Below, one piece after another: positions 20,805 through 30,860 of a DNA stretch of 64,000 nucleotides. The translations under genes were made by a program, and so were the position numbers. Under the pieces are notes generated by a model. That model was not told the origin of the DNA, ran no database searches, and saw only the letters and a program-made list of their open reading frames with translations. The stretch lies in sequence record PZ452610.1, one strand, 5' to 3'. The number at the start of each line of letters is the position of its first letter. The stretch's first letter is position 1. This DNA is from a phage.

Positions 20805-22573
20805 AACCTGAAGAAATGAAATCCATGCGTAGAAATAAGGTCATTGCCGATAATAAACCACAAAAAGTAGCTGCAACAGCAGCTACCGATTCATTAGAAG
20901 CATTGAATAACATTTCATCAAAACTAGACGATGTCCAAGCTGCGTCTGAACTCACATCACAAAGTGTAGAAGATAAAGGCAATGGAATTATTGAATCAAT
21001 TGGAGACTTAAAGAATTCGACAGATAATACTGCTGAAGGCACAGAGCTTATCGCAGAAGTTATTGAAAAACAAACTGAAGTCACTAAAAGTATAAACGAA
21101 GTTTCTAATGCAATAAACTCTAAGTTAGACCGATTAGCTACATTATTAGAGCAAAAATTACAAACATCTACCGCTATTCAAAATACAGGAGGCACCTCTC
21201 TTGAAGTAATTGAGAACGCAATACCTGTTAAAGTGGTTGAGAACGAAACTTCTGATGAGTTGTTTAAAGCATTACCTACACCTGAAAAGATTGATAATAA
21301 GCCAGACGAAGATTTCTTCCCAGCGCCGGTTCAAGAAAGTGCTAATTCTACTTCCGATTCTAAAGGCGGAATTAGCTTTAAATTGAGCGATAAAATTGCA
21401 ATGCTCACCAAAACAGTTCAAGCCGGGTTTAATAAATCAATATCCATTTCAGACAGAATTGCTGGAATGCTTTTCAAATACACTATAACGGCTGCTATTG
21501 AAGCAGCAAAAATGGCTGCACTTATTCTTGGTATTGTTATTGGTATTGATTTATTGATAGTCCATTTCAAATATTGGACAGACAAGTTCACTTCTGCCTG
21601 GGATTTATTTGATGAAAACTTTACTAAATTCTCCGATGAAGCTAAAGAGTGGGGTAAATTCTTAAGTGATATATTCACTTCTATTGACTCGATAAAACAA
21701 TTGTGGGAAGCTGGAGACTGGGGTGGTTTAACCGTTGCTATTGTCAAAGGTGTAGGAACAGCATTAATGAACTTAGGTGAACTAATTCAATTAGGAATGG
21801 CTAAACTCTCCGCGTCTATATTGCGTGCTATAGGTTTTGGTGATACCGCTGACGAAATAGAAGGACGTGCTTTAGAAGGATTCCAAGAAACTACTGGGAA
21901 CAAATTAAAGAAAGAAGACCAAGAGAAAGTCGCTAAATATCAAATGAAGCGTGACGATGGGGAATTAGGAACCGTTTCTAAAGGTCTTGATATGTTACAA
22001 CGCGGCAAAACATTCGTTACTAACTGGGTTCGTGGTAATGACAATAAAGAAGAGTTTAGTACAAGTGATGAGCGCGCTGCGGAATCAGCAAAATTAAAAG
22101 AGTTACCTGAAGAGGAACGTAAAGAGGCGTACATAAAAGCGAATGAAACTCGTGCTGCACTGGTTAGATTTGAGGATTATATCGATAAAATCGATATGAC
22201 TAATCCAGAAAATGCTAAAAACGTCGAGAAGTCTTATGCTGATTTAAGTAAACTTATTAAAGACCCTGAACTTAATAAAACTCCTGTTGTTAAAAAGGAA
22301 ATAGATGCTAGATTTGAAAAGCTAAATAATAAAATGGCTGAAGCCAAAAAGGCTCAGACAACAGTTAAGCCTGAATCTTCGACTAAATCTCCGGAAGCAA
22401 AACAAGTTCAGTCAATAGAGAAAGGACGTGCTTCTGAATCTAAACAACAGCAACCGGTAGCGGCGATTAGTAACACAAATAATGTCGTCAAAAAGAATAC
22501 CGTAGTCCAGAATATGACCCCTGTAACAAGTACAACGGCTCCTGGAATTTTCCATGCCACCGGTGTTAATTAA
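20801..22573 (+). CDS. 29: tail length determinant / baseplate hub protein gp29
   Basis: 590-aa ORF with central hydrophobic segment; ATGA overlap with gene 28; T4 gp29 length. Confidence 0.92.
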   Translation: MKPEEMKSMRRNKVIADNKPQKVAATAATDSLEALNNISSKLDDVQAASELTSQSVEDKGNGIIESIGDLKNSTDNTAEGTELIAEVIEKQTEVTKSINEVSNAINSKLDRLATLLEQKLQTSTAIQNTGGTSLEVIENAIPVKVVENETSDELFKALPTPEKIDNKPDEDFFPAPVQESANSTSDSKGGISFKLSDKIAMLTKTVQAGFNKSISISDRIAGMLFKYTITAAIEAAKMAALILGIVIGIDLLIVHFKYWTDKFTSAWDLFDENFTKFSDEAKEWGKFLSDIFTSIDSIKQLWEAGDWGGLTVAIVKGVGTALMNLGELIQLGMAKLSASILRAIGFGDTADEIEGRALEGFQETTGNKLKKEDQEKVAKYQMKRDDGELGTVSKGLDMLQRGKTFVTNWVRGNDNKEEFSTSDERAAESAKLKELPEEERKEAYIKANETRAALVRFEDYIDKIDMTNPENAKNVEKSYADLSKLIKDPELNKTPVVKKEIDARFEKLNNKMAEAKKAQTTVKPESSTKSPEAKQVQSIEKGRASESKQQQPVAAISNTNNVVKKNTVVQNMTPVTSTTAPGIFHATGVN

Positions 22574-22581
22574 GGATTATT

Positions 22582-23691
22582 ATGATTAGTGTAAAAGAAA
22601 TAGTAGTAGATGCAAAGGATTTAAATAAAGCAATCCCAGTCTCAGAAAGTGCTGGGCAAAGCACTAAAACCGAAACAACTACTAAAACTTATGTTGCTCA
22701 ATTTCCTACAGGAAGAGCAGCCGGAAATGACTCCACAGGAGACTTCCAGGTAACAGACCTTTATAAGAATGGATTATTATTTACCGCGTACAATATGTCT
22801 GCACGCGATTCAGGATCCCTCAGGAATTTACGTCCGGCATACGCCGGGACTTCATCTAATGGTATCATATCAGATTTAACTGATAATGTGAAAGATGCAG
22901 TGACTAAATTCTCAAACGGATTGCTTCCTGCCGGAGCTAATAAATCTACTATAAATAAAACTCCTGTTGCTAATATACTTTTGCCACGTTCCAAATCTGA
23001 CGTTGATACAACTTCACATCGTTTTAATGATATCGGTGATAGCCTTATTACTAAAGGTGGAGGTACTGCTACGGGTGTTTTAAGTAACATTGCTTCTACT
23101 GCAGTTTTTGGTGCATTAGATTCTATTACTCAAGGGCTTATGGCTGATAATAACGAACAGATTTATACGACTTCTCGTAGTATGTATGGCGGTGCTGAGA
23201 ACCGTACTAAAGTCTTTACATGGGATTTAACTCCGCGTTCAACTGAAGACCTTATGGCTATTATAAACATTTACCAGTATTTTAACTATTTCTCATATGG
23301 TGAGACCGGTAAATCACAGTACGCCCAAGAGATTAAAAGTTATTTAGACGAATGGTACCGTTCAACGTTTATTGAGCCTATGACGCCAGATGATGCAGTA
23401 AAAAATAAGACATTGTTTGAAAAGATTACTGCGTCATTAACAAACGTATTAGTTGTAAGCAACCCTACAATTTGGATGGTTAAAAACTTTGGTTATACAT
23501 CTAAATTTGATGGATTAACTGACGTATTTGGTCCATGCCAAATTCAAAGTGTACGTTTTGATAAAACTCCAAATGGACAATTTAATGGTCTCGCTGTTGC
23601 TCCTAACTTACCGTCAACATTTACGTTAGAGATAACAATGCGAGAAATTATTACATTAAACCGTTCTTCACTTTATGCGGGGACTTTCTAA
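22582..23691 (+). CDS. 48: baseplate tail tube cap protein gp48
   Basis: 369-aa ORF, SD AAGGA; position and size of T4 gp48. Confidence 0.9.
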   Translation: MISVKEIVVDAKDLNKAIPVSESAGQSTKTETTTKTYVAQFPTGRAAGNDSTGDFQVTDLYKNGLLFTAYNMSARDSGSLRNLRPAYAGTSSNGIISDLTDNVKDAVTKFSNGLLPAGANKSTINKTPVANILLPRSKSDVDTTSHRFNDIGDSLITKGGGTATGVLSNIASTAVFGALDSITQGLMADNNEQIYTTSRSMYGGAENRTKVFTWDLTPRSTEDLMAIINIYQYFNYFSYGETGKSQYAQEIKSYLDEWYRSTFIEPMTPDDAVKNKTLFEKITASLTNVLVVSNPTIWMVKNFGYTSKFDGLTDVFGPCQIQSVRFDKTPNGQFNGLAVAPNLPSTFTLEITMREIITLNRSSLYAGTF

Positions 23692-24653
23692 TGTACTCTT
23701 TAGAAGAATTTAATAACCAAGCTATAAATGCAGATTTCCAACGAAACAATATGTTTAGTTGTGTATTTGCTACTACACCATCGACTAAATCATCTTCACT
23801 AATTTCGTCAATTGGTAGTTTTGCTTATAATAACTTAGGGTTGGATTCTGATTGGTTAGGATTAACTCGAGGTGATATCAATCAGGGTGTAACAACCCTG
23901 ATTACAGCAGGAACACAGAAATTAATTCGAAAATCAGGTATAAGTAAATATCTGATTGGAGCAATGAGTCAACGTACGGTACAAAGCTTGTTAGGTGAGT
24001 TCACAGTCGGAGCTTATCTGATAGACTTCTTCAATATGGCATATAATAATACAGGTTTAATGATTTATTCTGTAAAAATGCCTGAGAACCGATTATCGTA
24101 TGAAACAGATTTCAACTATAACTCCCCGAACATCCGAATTACCGGTCGTGAAATGGACCCGTTAGTAATAAGCTTTAGAATGGATTCCGAAGCATCTAAC
24201 TTTAGAGCAATGCAAGACTGGGTAAACTCGGTCCAAGACCCTGTAACAGGTCTTCGTGCTTTACCACAAGACGTCGAAGCGGATATTCAGGTTAATTTAC
24301 ATGCACGAAATGGTTTACCACATACCGCTGTCATGTTCACTGGATGTATTCCTGTTAGCGTCTCTTCTCCTGAGTTAACGTATGATGGTGATAACCAAAT
24401 AACAGTTTTTGACGTAACATTTGCTTATCGCGTTATGCAATCAGGTGCTGTAAATAGACAGGCTGCTTTAGAATGGCTGGAATCAGGACTTATTAGTAGT
24501 GTTTCAGGAATGTTTGGGAATAATCAAAATGATTCTGGGCTAGGAAGTGCAGTATCAAGACTTTCTAGATTAGGTGGGACTGCTGGAGGTGTGTCTAATA
24601 TAAACACATTGACAGGTGTGGTGAATTCTGCATCAAGAGTTTTAGGTCTATAA
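23691..24653 (+). CDS. 54: baseplate tail tube initiator gp54
   Basis: 320-aa ORF, TAATG overlap with gene 48; bidirectional terminator downstream. Confidence 0.9.
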   Translation: MYSLEEFNNQAINADFQRNNMFSCVFATTPSTKSSSLISSIGSFAYNNLGLDSDWLGLTRGDINQGVTTLITAGTQKLIRKSGISKYLIGAMSQRTVQSLLGEFTVGAYLIDFFNMAYNNTGLMIYSVKMPENRLSYETDFNYNSPNIRITGREMDPLVISFRMDSEASNFRAMQDWVNSVQDPVTGLRALPQDVEADIQVNLHARNGLPHTAVMFTGCIPVSVSSPELTYDGDNQITVFDVTFAYRVMQSGAVNRQAALEWLESGLISSVSGMFGNNQNDSGLGSAVSRLSRLGGTAGGVSNINTLTGVVNSASRVLGL

Positions 24654-24683
24654 GAAAAAAAAGGGAGACGTTGTCTCCCTTTA
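24654..24683. terminator. bidirectional terminator between gene 54 and the alt operon
   Basis: GGGAGAC-loop-GTCTCCC hairpin flanked by an A8 run upstream and TTTA downstream. Confidence 0.7.
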
Positions 24684-24688
24684 GGGGT

Positions 24689-24982
24689 TTATTTACGGAA
24701 TGAAAGAAATGCTGGTGCTCGGAATGGAGTATCATCTTTAGAGTATTTAACTAATACGACCATTGGTACCTCTGTTTCTAAATGACCTGTCAGTACACCG
24801 ATAAAAATTTGATCAGTGTGTTCAGGGTCACGAAAGTTTTTAAGAGGTTCCATAGCAATATGGAATGCACCTGGGAATACTCGATTCAATTCGTCAATCA
24901 CAGCTTCGTTAAAAACATCATCCGCTGGGATAGCATCTTCAACTACTAGTTCTTGACCATTAAAGCGAAGCATAGATTTCAT
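24689..24982 (-). CDS. hypothetical protein (97 aa from internal ATG; alt-adjacent)
   Basis: Start taken at 24982 (MKSMLRFNG...) with SD GAGGAG; the N-terminal extension in the ORF track covers the early promoter at 25012-25041. Confidence 0.5.
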   Translation of the reverse strand: MKSMLRFNGQELVVEDAIPADDVFNEAVIDELNRVFPGAFHIAMEPLKNFRDPEHTDQIFIGVLTGHLETEVPMVVLVKYSKDDTPFRAPAFLSFRK

Positions 24983-25011
24983 AACGTTCTCCTCATGTTG
25001 TTGATAGGATG

Positions 25012-25041
25012 ATAGTATCACACATCCATGTGCTTGTAAAC
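25012..25041 (-). promoter_or_regulatory. early promoter for the alt-adjacent 97-aa ORF
   Basis: GTTTAC, 18 nt, TACTAT on minus strand; same family. Confidence 0.55.
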
Positions 25042-27128
25042 TATCCTTGAACAAATTTAAACGGAACCGATTCCAAATCCATTAAAGATGCTAACAGTTT
25101 CAATCCTTTAGGAGCACTAGTTTTTTCTACAAATGAGGAGAACGATACCGGCTCATCCGATTCGATTTCACCCGTCATAGCAACCACCTCGCCTGTTTCC
25201 ATGAGAACATCACCATCGTAAATTACAGCTTCGTCCAACTGGTCTGAGGACATAACTTCAGCTTGAATAAATTTAAGGTTGGATTCTAAACCTGCACCAG
25301 TGTCAGATGACGCATCTGTAATTTTATTTATCTGCAAGAGAATGCCTCTAGGCAAAATAATTTCTTGCTCATTAGGGTGATTACTCAACTGTCCTGGATA
25401 AATCACGTTAACTTTATGGGCGCCGTCAATAGCCCATCCAACGTTAACACGGATTTGTTCTGGTGCATGCATAGCTGTTCTTACTTGACTAGGAGAAATA
25501 GTAACACCTTCGTCATTATTGTCAATGTTAAGCTCTTTGCGAACTTCTTCAGGAGCAAGTCCAAGGGCAACGTTCTCTTTAAACCCGCCAAAAATAATAG
25601 GAGCTAATGAAGTAGAAACATAGTTTCTGAAGTAGAATACCTTATTTTTAACCATTGCTTCGTAAATAGGCATTCTGATAGACTGGGCTCTATACAACGT
25701 TAGTCCTTCAGGTAAACGGTCTCCATTTAAAAACGCCGAATCAAGACCATCAATAGCGCGTTTAACTTCATCTTCATCTGCAACATCATAAAAATCCGGT
25801 TTATAACGGCCTAACAACATATTATTGATATCGGTATACGCAGAAGAGGCATATTCACGAATAGCTCGTTTTTCAGCAACAGAGTATTGTTTAGGGTCCC
25901 GATTCATTGTTATATTAAAGGTGCCTCTAGCCGATTCTCGTGCATAAGTATACATCACATTAGACAAGAACGCTGATTTACGTTGTTTCCAAGTTTTTTC
26001 AGATACTTCAGCTAAAACGTCGTCAGCCAGTTGGAAATTATCTCGTCTAAAATCTTCAAACCATTCGTCTTTAATAGAGTCTGCAATTTCGTTTGCAGCT
26101 TCAACAAAAGCAGCTAATGCTTTAACAGATGTTGTTTTTTCAGTTTTAATTTTCTTAGCAAACTTTTCTAAAGTTGGCTTAATAACACTACCATAAGAAA
26201 CTTCATCAGCAAATCTAAAGGATTCATCAATACGATTATAAATCTTATTTTCGATATCAGCAACTAGAGTGCCTTTTGCTGTAGACGATGCCTGGGCTAG
26301 TACGATTTCATATGCTTCAGGAAGTAATTCAGCTGTAGCTGGGCCACTAACTTCTTTAGCAGAATTTTCGTATTTCTGGAATAACTCGCCTTCTTGGCGG
26401 TCAGCTTCTAAAGATTGACTTGCTGCAATAGCGCGACGAGAAATTTTAGTACGAGCAATAACAGGCTTATCTTTACGTTTTTCTTCTACAGCAGCAATAG
26501 AACCAGCGATAGCCGTTTCTTTGGTGACTTTTTCGCCAGTCTTTTTACTCACATAAACTTCACCAACATCAGAATCTACTTTCGTGTACAACTCTGTGTT
26601 AATGTTAGGGATGCCTTTAATATCTTCAATGTTGGCATTTTTACGAACCATCATCACATAGGTGTGTTTACCTGTGAATTGATACATTGCAGACAATACT
26701 TTAAAACGACCACCAGTTTTAGTAGAAACTAAACGAGCAAGAAGAGTTTGAAGTTGTTGTCCACGTCCTTTCAATTTCTTGGTAGGGAATCGGAACAAAA
26801 CTGCATCCATACGAAGAGCTTTAACCTGTTCATACACTGTATTGAAAATGGTGTTGATTGCATCAATAGGAGCAGGACCAAGACCATTTTTTAATTCAGC
26901 GAGATTACCCTTTTCAGAAAGACTCATAATAACGACATGAGCGTATTTGTCACCAAGTTTAACTTGTTTTACAGCATCGCCTTCGGAAAGGTAAGAGAAT
27001 AAACGAACTACGATGTTTGTATCGATATCACCAATTTTCCAGACTTGTGGAACTTTAGCTTTAGGGTTCAAATTGACGACAGGAAGACTGCCTTCAGATT
27101 CAAACACTTCATTTAATTGTTCAGACAT
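25041..27128 (-). CDS. alt: Alt, head-packaged ADP-ribosyltransferase
   Basis: 695-aa ORF; C-terminal ART-like region (RVFYFRNFVSTSL..., C-terminus MPYKFVQG-like) matches T4 Alt as recalled. Confidence 0.88.
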   Translation of the reverse strand: MSEQLNEVFESEGSLPVVNLNPKAKVPQVWKIGDIDTNIVVRLFSYLSEGDAVKQVKLGDKYAHVVIMSLSEKGNLAELKNGLGPAPIDAINTIFNTVYEQVKALRMDAVLFRFPTKKLKGRGQQLQTLLARLVSTKTGGRFKVLSAMYQFTGKHTYVMMVRKNANIEDIKGIPNINTELYTKVDSDVGEVYVSKKTGEKVTKETAIAGSIAAVEEKRKDKPVIARTKISRRAIAASQSLEADRQEGELFQKYENSAKEVSGPATAELLPEAYEIVLAQASSTAKGTLVADIENKIYNRIDESFRFADEVSYGSVIKPTLEKFAKKIKTEKTTSVKALAAFVEAANEIADSIKDEWFEDFRRDNFQLADDVLAEVSEKTWKQRKSAFLSNVMYTYARESARGTFNITMNRDPKQYSVAEKRAIREYASSAYTDINNMLLGRYKPDFYDVADEDEVKRAIDGLDSAFLNGDRLPEGLTLYRAQSIRMPIYEAMVKNKVFYFRNYVSTSLAPIIFGGFKENVALGLAPEEVRKELNIDNNDEGVTISPSQVRTAMHAPEQIRVNVGWAIDGAHKVNVIYPGQLSNHPNEQEIILPRGILLQINKITDASSDTGAGLESNLKFIQAEVMSSDQLDEAVIYDGDVLMETGEVVAMTGEIESDEPVSFSSFVEKTSAPKGLKLLASLMDLESVPFKFVQG

Positions 27129-27162
27129 AGTGTTTTCCTTTTAGTAATAATTTATATTTATG

Positions 27163-27184
27163 CCAAAAAGAGCCCGAAGGCTCT
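27163..27184 (-). terminator. intrinsic terminator at the end of the gene 30 transcription unit
   Basis: AGAGCC-CGAA-GGCTCT hairpin followed by UUUUU on the minus strand. Confidence 0.6.
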
Positions 27185-27393
27185 TAATCCACAATCAGGA
27201 ACAAAGTACGATAAACTTCAAAATTAGGGCCTTTTTCGTACTTATCAAAATTGTCCATAAAAATATTATAGGAATCGTTATTAGGAAAATCTAATACAAT
27301 TTGGGAACAAGAGGTGGAAACGTCACCACCATCTTTATTAGCGACAACTACTGTTTCTAAATAAGCTTTCATTATAAACCTGTCTGGGACCAC
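27184..27393 (-). CDS. hypothetical protein (69 aa)
   Basis: ORF overlapping the 3' end of gene 30 by 22 nt; terminator hairpin immediately downstream. Confidence 0.4.
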   Translation of the reverse strand: MVPDRFIMKAYLETVVVANKDGGDVSTSCSQIVLDFPNNDSYNIFMDNFDKYEKGPNFEVYRTLFLIVD

Positions 27394-28865
27394 GGTCCAA
27401 ATACGTCTTCAAATGAATCCGCTTCTGTTTTATCAAAACGGAACCCTTTAATAATTGGAAGGAAAATACCTACAGTACCTTCACGGCCTTTAGAATGAAC
27501 CCAACCATTACATTCGCAATCAGCAATACGTCCAATCAATTTACCTTCACGAGCTTCAGCCATTAATCGTTCACGGTCTAAATCATGACGCTCATCTAAA
27601 GGAATAAGAACCTTTACACCATCAACTGTTTTATGAGTTGTATCTTTAAACCCTGAACCACAATCGGTTGTAATACGACGACAACGTGATACGAGTTCGA
27701 CACCACCTAATTTGTTAGGGTCTTTAGAGTGTTCGTAGTATCCTACAACTTCTAAAGCGATATCAATAACTTCTTTAAATTTAATTAGGTTCTTAGAGCG
27801 TTTGTTTTCCCAATATGAATCACGGTTTTTAAGGATAATACCTTCAAGACCTTGGTCAACATATTTTTTATAAACCACTTTAGCTTCGTCAAGATTACGA
27901 ACTAACTGATTTTCAATTGGCTCAATTCGCTTAAAGCCTTCAGCCATATTTTCAAGAGCAGCAAAACGAACATCGTATTTCTGACCTTTAATTTTGCCAT
28001 CAGAATAGACTTCATCTAAAGGAACATAGTCCCAGGCTTGAAGAACCATACCTTCCGCTTCTTTAGGAGAAATAGTCCCTTGAAGAGATTTATTTGCTAA
28101 ACCGTTTGAAGTGCTACGGTCTGCAACTTGTACTTCTTCAGATTCTTCATTATCGCCAAATAAGAACGACAGGTCATTTCCTGAGCTCACAGCCTTTTTA
28201 ATATCAAATGAATGATAAACCAATTCACCGTCGATTAAAACCCCATTAGGGTGTCTTTCACGGGCTTCTTTAGTCATTTCCATTAGTTCATCTGCTAATA
28301 GGGTAAGACCATGGTATTCATTACCAGCACGAGAAAAGAATTGAACACCGTCATCACGAACTTCAGCGAAACAACGAGCACCATCTGCCTTTAATTGAGC
28401 AAATGCAGGCCATTTAATATTTTTAGTAATCAATTTCTCGTCATATGCAGATGCTAACATCTGCGGTTGCAATTGAATAAGTCCAGGCCATACCTTATTC
28501 GCGATAGACACTGAAGCACCTACTTCAAGGTCTCGCATCATTACACGGCGTAGTACTTCAACATCATCAGGTTTACCGTCGGCGATATAACCCATGAGCT
28601 CTTTAATTGCTGCATTACCAGTGAGTTTACGAGTGGCCAATGTGAACTCAATAAAATCCAACATGTCATCTAATTCAAGAAGGCCATACGCTTGAGACCT
28701 TTCACCTGGTCCTGGCCATTTCTTAATATAATACTGAATGCCACGTGCATACGTTAAACGATATACACGTTCAAGTAATTTGTTGTCCTTATTTTTCTTA
28801 AGGATTTCCTGTTTTGTTTTAGTAGAACCGATCGCAGCTATTTGGTTTAAAATATCTAAAATCAT
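27372..28865 (-). CDS. 30: ATP-dependent DNA ligase gp30
   Basis: 497-aa ORF; adenylation motif KADGAR; sequence recognisably T4 DNA ligase. Confidence 0.95.
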   Translation of the reverse strand: MILDILNQIAAIGSTKTKQEILKKNKDNKLLERVYRLTYARGIQYYIKKWPGPGERSQAYGLLELDDMLDFIEFTLATRKLTGNAAIKELMGYIADGKPDDVEVLRRVMMRDLEVGASVSIANKVWPGLIQLQPQMLASAYDEKLITKNIKWPAFAQLKADGARCFAEVRDDGVQFFSRAGNEYHGLTLLADELMEMTKEARERHPNGVLIDGELVYHSFDIKKAVSSGNDLSFLFGDNEESEEVQVADRSTSNGLANKSLQGTISPKEAEGMVLQAWDYVPLDEVYSDGKIKGQKYDVRFAALENMAEGFKRIEPIENQLVRNLDEAKVVYKKYVDQGLEGIILKNRDSYWENKRSKNLIKFKEVIDIALEVVGYYEHSKDPNKLGGVELVSRCRRITTDCGSGFKDTTHKTVDGVKVLIPLDERHDLDRERLMAEAREGKLIGRIADCECNGWVHSKGREGTVGIFLPIIKGFRFDKTEADSFEDVFGPWSQTGL

Positions 28866-29131
28866 TTGATATCCTCGATTTTGGTTACGGTTCTATTATA
28901 AGCCACTTCATCTAGAAGCGATTTCAGCGTTTTCTGATAAGTGGTAATCCATTTACCGAGTCCTTCAACATAATATTCTGAAATGTAGATGAACCCTTGT
29001 TCAACACACTCTTTAAATATTTCTGCGTCTTTTACTGAACGAAACACCGGCCAGTCTCGAAAGAACATGTTAACATGACCGTAGTCACGTGTGGTGTTTT
29101 TGCCATCTGTAATATCATGAACTACAAACAT
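28862..29131 (-). CDS. hypothetical protein (89 aa; 30.1 position)
   Basis: ORF with ATGA overlap to gene 30. Confidence 0.5.
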   Translation of the reverse strand: MFVVHDITDGKNTTRDYGHVNMFFRDWPVFRSVKDAEIFKECVEQGFIYISEYYVEGLGKWITTYQKTLKSLLDEVAYNRTVTKIEDIK

Positions 29132-29140
29132 AATTAGCCC

Positions 29141-29956
29141 TTAACAATTTATAGACCAAGTCCATTTAGACGAATCTAAAGGAAAGTTTTGAATCGTCCA
29201 CCATGGCTGCATATCGGTTGGTCCTGGAGTTCGCCAAGTATACGGATTCGACGGAGTGCCAATTTGATTAGGCCATGCACCTGGACTTGTTGCACCAGAT
29301 TCTTTAAGCAAATCTGCCAATCGTTTTAAAAGGTCTTCACGATCTGAATCTGAATTATGCTCTGGCGGAACTAAACGAGATTCAATATCATCCCATGTGT
29401 GTACACGTTGTGCAGTGCGAGGAATATCATCACGTTCACCACGAGCCAACCAATAAATCGGTACATTAAGAATTTCTGCCGCATGGTCACAGTGATGAGC
29501 TAAATCGTCAACGTAACAAATCACGTTATACTTTGTTTTGGCTAGTTCGAATAATTGTTCTTTTGAAGAATCATGACCACACATCATTACTTCAGAGAAA
29601 GCGCCTGGGAACAAAGCATTCAAATTAAATTGTCTATTCAATCGAGCATCAATTGAATCGCCTAGTGCCGTCACGGCTACAAAATTATAGTCTTCTTTTA
29701 GTTTATTGATAACTCGAAGAGCATCTGAATAAGGCGCTAAGTAACGAATAAAATCAGAGCTATTATATTTTTCTATTAATTGTTTACCAAGGTTATCGTC
29801 GGTATTGAACAGTTTACCAGGAGAAATAAATTTTTCGTCCTGAATCATTTTTAAAATATGTTCTAATGGAAGATTATATTTTTGGGCAAAATAAGGAAGT
29901 CCAGATTGCCAACTTAAACATACACCATCAATATCAGTCAAAATAGTAGGCTTCAT
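29141..29956 (-). CDS. HAD-superfamily hydrolase-like protein (30.2 position)
   Basis: 271-aa ORF beginning with HAD motif I (LTDIDGV) and a later acidic motif (CYVDDL); Pro/Trp-rich C-terminal tail. Confidence 0.55.
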   Translation of the reverse strand: MKPTILTDIDGVCLSWQSGLPYFAQKYNLPLEHILKMIQDEKFISPGKLFNTDDNLGKQLIEKYNSSDFIRYLAPYSDALRVINKLKEDYNFVAVTALGDSIDARLNRQFNLNALFPGAFSEVMMCGHDSSKEQLFELAKTKYNVICYVDDLAHHCDHAAEILNVPIYWLARGERDDIPRTAQRVHTWDDIESRLVPPEHNSDSDREDLLKRLADLLKESGATSPGAWPNQIGTPSNPYTWRTPGPTDMQPWWTIQNFPLDSSKWTWSINC

Positions 29957-30420
29957 AAAGAGTCTCTTAATAGGTTTAACACATCAATAAATTCAGCTTC
30001 AGTTAGTATTGTATCATCTTTTGTTAGGTGGCTAGCCATGCTGTGCTTCAAAATTTTTCCTTTAGAGGCTTGTAAGGCATCACGAAACCCCTTATTTTGG
30101 ATCGCGGCTTCAAAATATGCATTTGTGTATAATTCTTTCCACGCTTCGGAGTATCTTGAAAATGGAACTCCTAACCAGAAGAGAGTCCCACGGTCCTGAG
30201 CTCTTGCATAAGACCTTCCAGCTTGCTGTGCAGCCAATCCAGACAACCCAAATATACGTCTTTGTTGTTCAACATTTTTCACCTTACATCCTTGGAGAAA
30301 TCCTTCAAGACCTCCGAATTGAATACCATCCATAACAAAAGGCCATTGAGCAAAGTTACTTAATGCACATGACGGCCACTTGAAATTACTTCTTATTTCT
30401 AATTCAGACATCTTTAACAC
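29953..30420 (-). CDS. NADAR (DUF1768/YbiA)-like protein (30.3 position)
   Basis: 155-aa ORF with SNFAQWPFVMDGIQF...EGFLQGCK pattern resembling the N-terminal signature of YbiA/NADAR proteins; ATGA overlap with the HAD-like ORF. Confidence 0.5.
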   Translation of the reverse strand: MLKMSELEIRSNFKWPSCALSNFAQWPFVMDGIQFGGLEGFLQGCKVKNVEQQRRIFGLSGLAAQQAGRSYARAQDRGTLFWLGVPFSRYSEAWKELYTNAYFEAAIQNKGFRDALQASKGKILKHSMASHLTKDDTILTEAEFIDVLNLLRDSL

Positions 30421-30619
30421 TTATAATTTCAACATCAGCCCAATGGTCGTATCCGGGTATACGGTCTTCGATAGATAAATTTCCGTCATTTTTAGGTAGT
30501 TTAATCGATGTGATATACGGTTCTAAATGGTCTTCTGTATGCGGAGAAACGTCTGTCACACGATAAGTAACTTCAACCATTTCCGTACCAAACAATTTCT
30601 GGATTAGTTTATTCAACAT
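30404..30619 (-). CDS. hypothetical protein (71 aa)
   Basis: ORF in the densely packed 30.x block, overlapping neighbours at both ends. Confidence 0.4.
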   Translation of the reverse strand: MLNKLIQKLFGTEMVEVTYRVTDVSPHTEDHLEPYITSIKLPKNDGNLSIEDRIPGYDHWADVEIISVKDV

Positions 30620-30806
30620 GTTTCAACCCTTTAATAGGAGATAACTCTTTACCCATACGTATGTCAGAAGTCCCATCAACCCATTGAACAGCATACGCTT
30701 CATTGATAATTCCAGCGGCGGTTTTAAATTCATGGAGAACTTTAAAAATCATCCCAGGGATTCCAACACCTTTTAATTGGACTGTTTGTGCTATTAAAAA
30801 TTTCAT
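30609..30806 (-). CDS. hypothetical protein (65 aa)
   Basis: ORF in the 30.x block. Confidence 0.4.
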   Translation of the reverse strand: MKFLIAQTVQLKGVGIPGMIFKVLHEFKTAAGIINEAYAVQWVDGTSDIRMGKELSPIKGLKHVE

Positions 30807-30860
30807 ATTTTTCCACTTACTAAAGAAATCATTATACTCTAATCCGTCCTTGGATGTAAA

